DNA from: Balanoglossus misakiensis
Lineage: Eukaryota; Animalia; Hemichordata
Assembly: GCA_040954595.2 (NCBI GenBank)
Contig: CM082578.2
Span: 7,921,519-7,985,518 of the forward strand
Reading direction: 5' to 3'
DNA length: 64,000 bases
Both the position numbers and the translations under genes were made by a program. Under the pieces are notes generated by a model. That model was not told the origin of the DNA, made no database searches, and saw only the letters and a program-made list of their open reading frames with translations. This document shows, piece after piece, positions 38,332 through 64,000 of the stretch (positions within the stretch are counted from its first letter, which is position 1; each line of letters begins with the position of its first letter).

Positions 38332-41300
38332 CTAAAGGTAAGTAATGTCTAAATTAAGAATGTCGTCACGGAAATCGTCACTCGTTTTGCCAACCCCAGT
38401 ATCTTGTACAACGTTTTCATTCTGGAAAATGTCTGGTGGAATGCCGTGTTTTGCAGCGTACCGTCTGAGCAGAGTCGTAGTAAGCTGAATAAAGAGCCAA
38501 CAGCGATAAAGTGAAAAACAACATATACAATGATTACAAAAGATGTGTGGAAACGTCAAGTTCATTTTCAGCGGTTTAAAAACAGAATTGAAAACATCAA
38601 AACCAGCCTCATCTTGATAACATCTGTATGAGTAACGCGTATACGATCTCGATTTGAATTAGAAGAACGTTTAACTCACGTCTGTGTAGGTTAGAGGCGT
38701 GGAGTTCGTTTTATCTCCGCTAATGACGTATACACCCTGTGGGGGTTTCGAGAGAAAACGACAATATTTAGTGATAACTGCTTAATGAGTGTGCAACATG
38801 TAAAGAGCAAGCCTGAAGCGAACCGTGGCCTGTGAGAGAGTCTAATTATACTTCGAGCATACCTCCAACGCAAACAATAAAACAAAACTTACCCGCTTTT
38901 GATCTTCCGGGTCGATTGTCACGTGCTTCTGGCACGTACACACTGACCATAGCCTCGCACAACAAGAAATCGATGGAAGCAAATTGAATGGCGGTTTTAA
39001 AACTGGCGAATCAAACCGCTCAAACCAGATGTTTGTTCGGAGGTATTTCCACTCCACGTCGATATTTTCCTATAGAGAATATGATAGGCTTTTGGAGCTG
39101 ATTTTATTGCGGGTATCGCAAACCCTGGGATAGCCTGCCCCATTGCAGCATGTATTGGACCGTTTGGTCGTCAATGTTTGTACGTACATTGAAACGCGAT
39201 TGGAAGTCCTTTTAATTGGATATTGTTGACGTATGGACATGATGTCTAAAATTATGCCCACCTGCCTGCTTTATTAATTTAGTAATATATCATACATGTA
39301 CGTATGCTCACTTGAAAGATTAACCCCAAACGTGATACAGTTAGTTTAAACACGCATCCATCTATTTTGGGCTGCGCTCGTCTATTTTTTGCTGACAGAT
39401 ATGTGGTAAACGTTAGAAATTAAGGAAAATGTAATATCGCTCTCATATTTTCTGGCATACAAGCTGTATTGGTGTGCAGGTAGCCACATATACATGTACA
39501 TAGGGAATACTGCACTTTGTTTTCTAACATTTTGTCATGCATGATTAAGCCAAATGTTAATGTGTGTAAAGATGAGCGGGCGGCCATTTCAATGTAAGCC
39601 GTTGTTAATCAAGGCTGGATGAATCAATCTTACAGACCCGAATTTTCCCAAGTTGTGTGTGTCCCCAGCCTCTTGCTGTTTACATCTCACCACCCAAAAC
39701 CGACAGCTTCACTGAGAATCAATACCCCCAACAATCCAAAAAGCCATCAATATTCAGGGTTTCACTTCAGCCAGTACTGTACAAACCTCTTACCTTGAAC
39801 TTGGAATACGTGTCTGACATCATTGCGATGCAAATATTCAAAAGTATGATGATGACGACAATTCCGAAACCGAAATACAAAACGTAACCTGCCACCACGT
39901 AGTAGGCCGATACATCGGTATCTCTCGATACACCGGTTTCGTTCGACGTCGAATTACTGGTGATAATTACGGTCACTTCAAGGTTTGAGGAAGAATCAAC
40001 GCCGAATATCACTGACATAAGCGTCATTACAGTTGACCAGAACCTAAGGGAGAAGGACAAATTATGCGAGCGTTTGCTCCATGTAAAATTAAGCCATTAT
40101 CCGGTCTATTCAATCCACTGAAGTTAACAATTGTCAGTCTGAAGCAATCATCTTTAGAAAGGTGCATATGAAGTTCGTATTTTAATTTTGTGCTGTACAA
40201 GCAAAACTTATACAATATCTACAGGCTATTGCATATAGTGACTATGATCATTGGTGCTGACGTCACGGTTGTAACACATTTCGGTACCTTCATTTGACTG
40301 GACACGATCCCTCCGGAGCAGGGAGATCTTAAGCTAAAGAAATTAGTCCTCACGTATATACTTACGAAGCAAACGAGCTGCCCTCAGCTCCAGAATAGAG
40401 GTAAAGGAAACCGACGGCAAACGAGGCAACCACGTGACAGAGAATAACGAAGAACTTGAGCACGTCGCTTTTCATGGCGGTGACGAGCAGAAGCATCGGT
40501 CCGACAGAAGGAATGAGGTAGAGGAAGGACAGCGTGCGGAAACAAGCTACGGTGAGCGCCAGTGCCGCCATTGTCTCCCAGGAGGCGTACAGTTCGTCGC
40601 TGATTTCAGTCTCGCCAAGAATCAGCCTGCTCGTTAAGTCAGTGATGAAGGCCACAAAAATGAGAATATCTGTGAGGTTGCAAACCTCCGAGAAGAAAAC
40701 TCGATAGCCGACGTCATGCATTCGCATGAGCGCGGCCAGCAACAGACCGATACCATGCAGAAGCGACAGAATCACGATCAGGTTGTACCCGGTGCCGTCA
40801 ACATCGATGTTCAGCGACATGTTCAAGATGAGTTGGCACGCAACAAAAGTGCAATAAGAGACCGTTTCCATGATGTATTTGGCCTTGGGACCCTCCAGCA
40901 GATTTCGAATTGCACAACACGGAGCAACTGCGTATATAAGAGAGATGACGGGCAGCAGAAGGACATACACGAGCAAACAGTAGAAAAAGTACAGTATTGT
41001 CCATCGAAAGCCGTTCTTCATGTGCCATTTGGGTTGCCCCTCCAGCCACTTTTTCTTCAGCGTTTTCTGACACTTTCGATGACCAAGAAACTATTTGAAT
41101 AAACATTAGGAAATCTATGTTCAAGAGACTTTTTGTTCTGTGTATTAAATGCGATTTCTTGCTCTACTTCAAGCAACAGCTGCAGTCTAATGTAACCAGT
41201 ACTCCACTTGTCAACATAGCCTGTATGACTTGTGTGTAATTGTTGAAAAATGAATTCTAGTCCGGACTTGAATTCGAATTTTACACAATAACAATGCTGA

Positions 41301-44300
41301 CTATACATATACATGTTGTGTTGATAACCTAAATACAGGGCTTTTCACCATGACAAGTTTCAGGAAGAAACTGCGGTGGATACACAAAACAAAAATACTG
41401 GAAAAATGAAAGCGAAAAGTTATGAAACACTGCACCATAGACGTGGCATAAAACTTAAAGCATCTCCGTATACCTGTTTCTGTTCCCCTTTTATGGCCTT
41501 TTGCAGCAGTCGATACTTCGATCTAGAATCAGTCGCCCGTTCACCACGAATCAGTGCCGTGACTTCTTGAGTTGTGTAGCAGCAATCTAGGATGTCAACA
41601 GTAAACAGTTCCACTCGCCCCTTGAGTTCAAGGTATTCTTCCTGTAGTTTGGAGGCAAAAGGTCGGGCAGCAGTCACTATTTACACTCAGGTACATGAAC
41701 ACATTTTTGCGTCGGTAAAATATTCGATTTACGGCACATTACTCTTTAGTTGTTTCACACCATGTTAGACACGGAAATCTTCAAATTCGGGGCATTGGTA
41801 GGCTTAGTGATTTAAAACAGCTGGTATTTTTCATGCGCTTTCAACATGGGCTATTTCATGAAATTGCCATGTCACCAGTCAAAAATACCAGTTTATTTAC
41901 AATTTAAATTGCTTTGCCTATTTTTGTCTCTTTTGACGGTTTATTTTTGTTGTTTTTCCTGATTGTTATAAATAATAACTAGGGCAAAGCACACATTTTG
42001 CACACCACCCTGGGATAGCCTGCCCCATTGCAGCATGTATTGGACCGTTTGGTCGTCAATGTTTGTACGTACATTGAAACGCGATTGGAAGTCCTTTTAA
42101 TTGGATATTGTTGACGTATGGACATGATGTCTAAAATTATGCCCACCTGCCTGCTTTATTAATTTAGTAATATATCATACATGTACGTATGCTCACTTGA
42201 AAGATTAACCCCAAACGTGATACAGTTAGTTTAAACACGCATCCATCTATTTTGGGCTGCGCTCGTCTATTTTTTGCTGACAGATATGTGGTAAACGTTA
42301 GAAATTAAGGAAAATGTAATATCGCTCTCATATTTTCTGGCATACAAGCTGTATTGGTGTGCAGGTAGCCACATATACATGTACATAGGGAATACTGCAC
42401 TTTGTTTTCTAACATTTTGTCATGCATGATTAAGCCAAATGTTAATGTGTGTAAAGATGAGCGGGCGGCCATTTCAATGTAAGCCGTTGTTAATCAAGGC
42501 TGGATGAATCAATCTTACAGACCCGAATTTTCCCAAGTTGTGTGTGTCCCCAGCCTCTTGCTGTTTACATCTCACCACCCAAAACCGACAGCTTCACTGA
42601 GAATCAATACCCCCAACAATCCAAAAAGCCATCAATATTCAGGGTTTCACTTCAGCCAGTACTGTACAAACCTCTTACCTTGAACTTGGAATACGTGTCT
42701 GACATCATTGCGATGCAAATATTCAAAAGTATGATGATGACGACAATTCCGAAACCGAAATACAAAACGTAACCTGCCACCACGTAGTAGGCCGATACAT
42801 CGGTATCTCTCGATACACCGGTTTCGTTCGACGTCGAATTACTGGTGATAATTACGGTCACTTCAAGGTTTGAGGAAGAATCAACGCCGAATATCACTGA
42901 CATAAGCGTCATTACAGTTGACCAGAACCTAAGGGAGAAGGACAAATTATGCGAGCGTTTGCTCCATGTAAAATTAAGCCATTATCCGGTCTATTCAATC
43001 CACTGAAGTTAACAATTGTCAGTCTGAAGCAATCATCTTTAGAAAGGTGCATATGAAGTTCGTATTTTAATTTTGTGCTGTACAAGCAAAACTTATACAA
43101 TATCTACAGGCTATTGCATATAGTGACTATGATCATTGGTGCTGACGTCACGGTTGTAACACATTTCGGTACCTTCATTTGACTGGACACGATCCCTCCG
43201 GAGCAGGGAGATCTTAAGCTAAAGAAATTAGTCCTCACGTATATACTTACGAAGCAAACGAGCTGCCCTCAGCTCCAGAATAGAGGTAAAGGAAACCGAC
43301 GGCAAACGAGGCAACCACGTGACAGAGAATAACGAAGAACTTGAGCACGTCGCTTTTCATGGCGGTGACGAGCAGAAGCATCGGTCCGACAGAAGGAATG
43401 AGGTAGAGGAAGGACAGCGTGCGGAAACAAGCTACGGTGAGCGCCAGTGCCGCCATTGTCTCCCAGGAGGCGTACAGTTCGTCGCTGATTTCAGTCTCGC
43501 CAAGAATCAGCCTGCTCGTTAAGTCAGTGATGAAGGCCACAAAAATGAGAATATCTGTGAGGTTGCAAACCTCCGAGAAGAAAACTCGATAGCCGACGTC
43601 ATGCATTCGCATGAGCGCGGCCAGCAACAGACCGATACCATGCAGAAGCGACAGAATCACGATCAGGTTGTACCCGGTGCCGTCAACATCGATGTTCAGC
43701 GACATGTTCAAGATGAGTTGGCACGCAACAAAAGTGCAATAAGAGACCGTTTCCATGATGTATTTGGCCTTGGGACCCTCCAGCAGATTTCGAATTGCAC
43801 AACACGGAGCAACTGCGTATATAAGAGAGATGACGGGCAGCAGAAGGACATACACGAGCAAACAGTAGAAAAAGTACAGTATTGTCCATCGAAAGCCGTT
43901 CTTCATGTGCCATTTGGGTTGCCCCTCCAGCCACTTTTTCTTCAGCGTTTTCTGACACTTTCGATGACCAAGAAACTATTTGAATAAACATTAGGAAATC
44001 TATGTTCAAGAGACTTTTTGTTCTGTGTATTAAATGCGATTTCTTGCTCTACTTCAAGCAACAGCTGCAGTCTAATGTAACCAGTACTCCACTTGTCAAC
44101 ATAGCCTGTATGACTTGTGTGTAATTGTTGAAAAATGAATTCTAGTCCGGACTTGAATTCGAATTTTACACAATAACAATGCTGACTATACATATACATG
44201 TTGTGTTGATAACCTAAATACAGGGCTTTTCACCATGACAAGTTTCAGGAAGAAACTGCGGTGGATACACAAAACAAAAATACTGGAAAAATGAAAGCGA

Positions 44301-45300
44301 AAAGTTATGAAACACTGCACCATAGACGTGGCATAAAACTTAAAGCATCTCCGTATACCTGTTTCTGTTCCCCTTTTATGGCCTTTTGCAGCAGTCGATA
44401 CTTCGATCTAGAATCAGTCGCCCGTTCACCACGAATCAGTGCCGTGACTTCTTGAGTTGTGTAGCAGCAATCTAGGATGTCAACAGTAAACAGTTCCACT
44501 CGCCCCTTGAGTTCAAGGTATTCTTCCTGTAGTTTGGAGGCAAAAGGTCGGGCAGCAGTCACTATTTACACTCAGGTACATGAACACATTTTTGCGTCGG
44601 TAAAATATTCGATTTACGGCACATTACTCTTTAGTTGTTTCACACCATGTTAGACACGGAAATCTTCAAATTCGGGGCATTGGTAGGCTTAGTGATTTAA
44701 AACAGCTGGTATTTTTCATGCGCTTTCAACATGGGCTATTTCATGAAATTGCCATGTCACCAGTCAAAAATACCAGTTTATTTACAATTTAAATTGCTTT
44801 GCCTATTTTTGTCTCTTTTGACGGTTTATTTTTGTTGTTTTTCCTGATTGTTATAAATAATAACTAGGGCAAAGCACACATTTTGCACACCACAATGTAT
44901 GTTCCTGTGCTGAATTTTTGATGTTATTAACCAAACTATAACGGATGAATGTATGTTCGTGTGTTTTTGTTTATGTGCAATACGTGTGTTGAGCTTTTAC
45001 ATCTGGCGAGAGAAGAACTTCTTGATTGATTGAAGCTTTACCTTGGAGGTGTCTGCCACTTCCCTTGAATTGATCAGCTCGCATATGTACTGAGAAAAGT
45101 CCAACGCTGATACCACTGGGTCATCGGAAGCCAAAAGCAGGTATGCGGGGCTGGACATAGCCCTGCATAGGCAAAGTCTCGTTTCATCTTCCAAGAGGTC
45201 TTCATTCAGTTCTACAAACAAATTAACACAGTGAATACTCGGCATTGCTCAGTATAGCGTATCTTCTCCCATAATTGGAAAATACAAATATGTGCAAGTT

Positions 45301-45347
<47 letters not shown>

Positions 45348-47530
45348 GGACCTTACCATATGGTACAGGTAGCAGTCTCAGACGAGGCGCACCTTTCTCT
45401 AACAATAATTGTACCATGTAAAAATCGTTGTTTTCAGCAGCCAGTTGCAGAGCTGTGATTTTTCTCATGTCCTGCAGACCACAATCAAGGCTGATTTCCC
45501 AATTTTCTTCCTGAAAGACGCCGTGCGAAACAAATAGCTTCCATTTACTTCCGAGAATGAGAGTGTTTGCTCCAATAAGTTTATCCACAATTAAAATGTT
45601 TCGTGCCTTCAAACAAAGAGATAGCCGATTTTTGCCATGTTTTAAGAAATGGAAGTTCATAAGCTAATATGATACTTGGGTCAAACTTTGTAACAGAAAG
45701 TCGACATTTCATTTTCTTCTATCTCTTACTACAAAAGTAACAGTGAACTGTCGACCTTTTACCTAGAACGCAATTACAATATGATTTGACCCCTAGCACT
45801 AAGTAAAACCTATTTAAGGCAGCCAGATTGTTTACCTATACCTGTAGTGTATCTCGATGTAGGCCTACAATATTTTTTTCTACGATTAGCGTATGCTTTT
45901 GCTTGTCGAGTGCAACATAGATTGCTAGCACACAACATGGCCATTGTAAGGGTTGACTTCCACAGCAATGCAGAGACAAAACATTCTATAACTGTCGTGA
46001 CACACCGAGGCCATATGTTGTGTTCATACCTGAAAACAACACCGTATTTGATACAAAAGAGTTAGAGAATGGATCTGGCTTATCCCTGCATATCACAATA
46101 GTTTTTTTCTGACGATTGAAAACTTATGAACATGAACAATAGGTGTGTGCTATATGTAATACAATATTTCTTTTGTGTTTATCGCGTGCTATAGAAGTAG
46201 AATAGTCACTGATCGATGGCGTGAAAATGTAGGTTTCCCACTCTGTTTACACACGCAGCCACAAATTTACATGTTAATATTTACAGAACCAATTTTTGAG
46301 TAATACTTGCATTATTGGCCATTTCTAAGGCTATGGAATATGATAACCACGCAATGCATCTGGGTAGGCTTGTACAAATGCGAATCAAAACACGCTGAAT
46401 TCGTGGTGTAAGCGACCTAAAACCATACAATTTGAACTGAAACTCACGTCAACTTTACGGTTTATTTTTTAAAATCCTCATGTACCCGGTCGCTAATATC
46501 TATGATGATTAGCAGATATTTTGCTTTGCAGTTGTAAATATTGTGGGACGAAAAGTGATCCCCAATAAAACAAGTTTCAATGTGAGAAGCAAGAGAACGC
46601 ACTCTATTGAACTTTCATTTTTTTAAATATTTGAGAGAAACACTTCTGTATTAAGAGAATCAGAGATCCTATAGTCATTGCACACCAGGGGAATTAACTA
46701 TCCAATTCCTGCTGGGAAATAGGAATTCCCATGTGGGCCTTCAACATCAGCAAATCGTCTAAACGGCAAATGCTCAGCTCTTCTATCAATTGCTCATCAT
46801 ATAACATGGCGTTGGAAAAGTATCGCCTGAAATAATCAGTCGAACAGAAAACGATCACATCGGGACATGTTTCACGTACTGAAATTACTTCAGCTATTAA
46901 GCCTGGCTTCATTTCCGTTCCAGTAATGCACCGTTATTATCTGTACTAATGTGTGGCAATTCTCCGACTAGTTTAAAATCCTGTGACTCCAAAACTACTG
47001 GCCGAATAGACAGACCAGTGTCTGATCTTGTTTACTCGGGGAGATCTGTGTACCACACGATTGAAGCGAAAGCGTTTACCAGACGCTATTATTTTAAAAA
47101 CGCTTTCAACCAAATAATCACTTTGGAGTCCACCACAAAATCGGTGTTCCAGGCTATATCAACAAAACTCTCTGGGCGGCGGGAAAATGGTTTGATTGAG
47201 TGAGAAGAGGTACCTAAAAATACAATGAATATTTCTCTGATGGGTCTAAATTCCGTAAACAAGTGAATCATAAATATATTTGACTCTGAATGTACCGGTT
47301 TGTCATATTTTTCTTACGTCAAACTGTTTAACTAAAGTAATACGCATTTGCTAAATGCGTTTACTCAAATATCTGTTGTCAAGTTAGCATCTTACCTCCA
47401 GCATTGTTCTCGTTTTGGTGACGTCGCCCTTTCTAACCGCGTCGAGAAATTCGGCCTCAGGCGGTGTCAGCCTGGAAGAGCGCCGTTTTTTAGACGTGGA
47501 TTTCCACTGGCATTGTGTCAGTCGGTCCAT
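38332..47530 (-). CDS. Divergent TRPC-like cation channel; 643 aa if the duplicated exon block is used once, 1024 aa if used twice
   Basis: Exons 47530-47396, 45510-45357, 45211-45042, [44526-44359, 43975-43251, 42928-42679], [41641-41474, 41090-40366, 40043-39794], 39069-38893, 38484-38332. Motifs: EFLDAVRKGD, ankyrin ITALQLAAENNDFYMVQLLLEKGA, AMSSPAYLLLASDDPV, FLGHRKCQ, VGPML..DVLKFF, ILLNICIAMMSDTY, TRP box EWKYLR, PPFNLLPS, LLRRY. Confidence 0.88.
39122..44893. repeat. Tandem duplication with a 2885-bp unit (39122-42008 and 42007-44893)
   Basis: The ORF track repeats identically at offset 2885 and I found no nucleotide difference in spot comparisons. There is a 2-bp AC microhomology at the junction, and both breakpoints are intronic. 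Confidence 0.97.
45301..45347. repeat. (ACAG)n microsatellite
   Basis: Read directly; lies next to a TRP splice donor. Confidence 0.95.
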
Positions 47531-48588
47531 GTTGCCGTGGACAGTAATGCTAATGCCACAATAATGATGAACGTCCACTGTCCAACAAACTACAAAAAAT
47601 GCCACCACGTCATCGACAACAGCAGAGACTGTGTTCAAAAGTAAGTCTTTAGGATTACAAAACAGTGCATATTACCAAAAATAGCAACGCTGCAATGATC
47701 AGTTTCCAGGGGGTGTCGGGTGTCACATTCGCATGAATAATATTAAATATCGCGATTGATGGTCTTCGGGGGTAACCATACTTAGTGTGCTGGCAGGGTA
47801 TGCAGTGACACCCACAGTTTTCTTTTAATTGCCACGTGGCCACCACGGGTCGACAAAAGATCGAGGAGTGAAATTATTAACACATTATTAAACTTTAGTG
47901 ACAGGGTATCCCTGGATAATGTACATCATCAGAGATGCTGTGCTTTAGCGCCCTCCTCCGTTCTCCGATGAAATAGTGAACGGTTGCCCATTTTGATAAA
48001 CATAGTGGTTTAATTGTTTTTTACCCACAGCCATTAGTTTCTCGGGCTATTCCTCTATTTTCATATATGCTTTTTAGGAACCACGTGCGCATATCCCGTT
48101 ACCTTATTTACCAATCTGTCTCACCACGTGCGATGTATCAATATTCGATTTCCAGAAACAACACCCGTTACGAGTCTAAATATTGTTTATTGTCTTTTCT
48201 CTCTAAGGTAAACAATGTCCTGTTGCCACCGGTGTGCAAAGCAGCAAACAGGTGATGCAATGCAAGCACAACAAGCTCCCGTTTCTTCCAGAAATCCATT
48301 TGCGTGTTTACGGGAACTAGTGCGTAGAGGGGAAATATTTCCTGAAATACCAATCAACCGTGCACATTCCGAGGTGTTTAAAACTCAACTAAACGGGCAG
48401 AAATCACTGGCCAGTTCTTGTGATGAAGACAGCCCGGTACTGTGTCTGAAACAAAATCGGTTATAAAAATACCGCCACTGTACAGCAAACCCTATTTTTA
48501 CTGCAGTTCACTGGGTCGCTTGAAAGCAATCCAGCTCACGCGTTCAGAGTAGACGACAGGGGAGAAATTCTGGCCGATCAGAAGTCAC

Positions 48589-49238
48589 CTTGTCGTACAA
48601 TGGTCCTTCTTAGTACCTCCAATGCACAATACACAGAGTCTAAACACTGAACCTTGTATCGACTTTCGTTTGACGTTTGCACTGTTCAACAAAGACCAGT
48701 GAGGTGTCGAGCGGTATACGCGCTGACTGCAACTTCTAAAATGTCTAGATGCCAAGTTTTCGTATAATCTTTGTGCGCCTATACCTATAGAATACATCAG
48801 TCTTGAACCGTCCTATTTTCTGTGCATGGGCTGTGGAGCGCCACTTCCGCAGTAGTGATGCCTGTTGGAAGATACTCGTAAGCTCTGATATATAATCATG
48901 CACGTTGTGATAGTTTGAAGTTTATGTATTGTTTTATTATTGCACACGCAGAGAGCTCTACTAACTCCAAGTTATATTTACTGCAGCCTTGTTTGTCAAT
49001 CCTTTCTTCCAGAAAACTGACTCGCCGTAGGGGGCTTAATTAGTTTCTCATTGGCAGATAAGCCAGCAGCGCCAATCCCACAGTCCCTTTCGAGTGGCCG
49101 CAGTGCGCTTCACTCGTTGCCAGAAGCAGTCAGCTGGCCAAAAAAACTCTGCCGAGATCGCAGCCAGACTGCAACACGTTCGACTACGCAAGGCGCAGTA
49201 CATATTCTGTAGTTTTTTACAATTTTTATCAGAGTATC
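48589..49238. promoter_or_regulatory. Putative divergent promoter region between the TRPC-like (-) and WIF1-like (+) genes
   Basis: Start codons lie 1.7 kb apart head-to-head. Opposed CCAAT boxes (ATTGG near 49050, CCAAT near 49072) and a candidate minus-strand donor CAAG|GTGACT at 48588. Confidence 0.45.
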
Positions 49239-63135
<13,897 letters not shown>

Positions 63136-64000
63136 GTATGTTTAATACGCGAGTAATATCACAAAGAGTTTGGTCAAAAGGAACTATCTCTCCCTGTGTA
63201 CCGAATGCGAACGAATGAATAAACTTTCTTGAAACCTTCTTAACAGGAACGAGAAAAAATATCCCGTCTCCAACATTAAATCGCGTCCCAGCTGCTGATA
63301 TATGAGTATAATAACTTTGAATTTTGTTTAGTTACATCAGCCGAGGGCACCATTTCTGAACAGCTGTAGTCTGAATAGTTTTGTGTCTTGGGAGAATGGA
63401 TATGTGTTCAGTTCTGCATTATGATTATGCATATGATAAACTCATATTCCTCCCCCATCAGTACAGAAATAGGCCGGTTTGGGAAACAGGTGACATATCA
63501 ATTTAAAACAGTGACATAAAAGACCCAAACTTATGCCTCCTCGTCATGATTTTTAATATGAGGGGTGTGGATACATGCATGTACTATTGCCACCACCGCT
63601 TCATGAAAGTGGGTTAAAATACAATGTACCTACAATCGGGCAAATTCAACCCCTCGACGTATACATGCAACGCTTTTGAGCTTATGGTGTTTGCATAGAA
63701 TTCGACTGTTAGCAGAAATGCATATTACACAACACATAGGGCCTATAGACAGACCGAGTTGACAAGGCAGACCTTAAAGACAGCAGAGGTGGAACTCAAC
63801 GCCTGTGGTCAGATGCAATAAGCCGGAGAGAGGAACGAGAAACGGCAGTTGATAAACAAAAAATGAAAATTCTGTAAAACAAATGTCAAAAGTTACAGCA
63901 ACGCTGTCCCTTTGCGGTGAATGAATAAATGCAGCTGTGGAAATATGGCTGTGAATCCGTGAGATTCTTTATCTCTGGTTAACTCCGATCGTCTTACCAC

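Noticed and set aside
40434-43987. Plus-strand ORFs of 67 and 128 aa, each present twice
   Set aside because: Antisense shadows of TRP transmembrane exons, repeated by the duplication.
39122-44893. LTR pair or transposon as the source of the long direct repeat
   Set aside because: The copies abut directly, contain host exons, and lack TG..CA ends or internal gag/pol.
45842-46029. Possible extra TRP exon with AG/GT-like borders
   Set aside because: 188 nt (frameshifting), immediate stop in the required phase, and no ankyrin similarity.

Overview
Intron-rich, AT-rich animal genomic DNA, probably from a marine invertebrate; deuterostome (hemichordate/echinoderm-like) origin is an inference only. 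Six protein-coding genes can be rebuilt from GT-AG exons. (1-2) Two tandem minus-strand PPIP5K/VIP1 inositol pyrophosphate kinase-phosphatase paralogs: copy A (ATG 8438) runs off the left edge, and copy B is complete (24512->13713, 21 coding exons, about 1046 aa). (3) A single-coding-exon GPR61-like orphan GPCR. (4) A four-exon chloroquine-resistance-transporter-like (CRT-like) gene. (5) A divergent TRPC-like channel with an apparently exact 2885-bp tandem duplication that repeats its whole 6-TM pore module in frame. (6) The first four exons of a WIF1/shifted-like gene, which the ORF track misses entirely. The most notable observations are the potential 12-TM TRP subunit, exon-restricted homogenisation between the PPIP5K paralogs, candidate alternative exons in PPIP5K-A including a possible kinase-only isoform, and an animal CRT-like transporter. 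All gene models and mismatch counts were made by eye; no database search was run.
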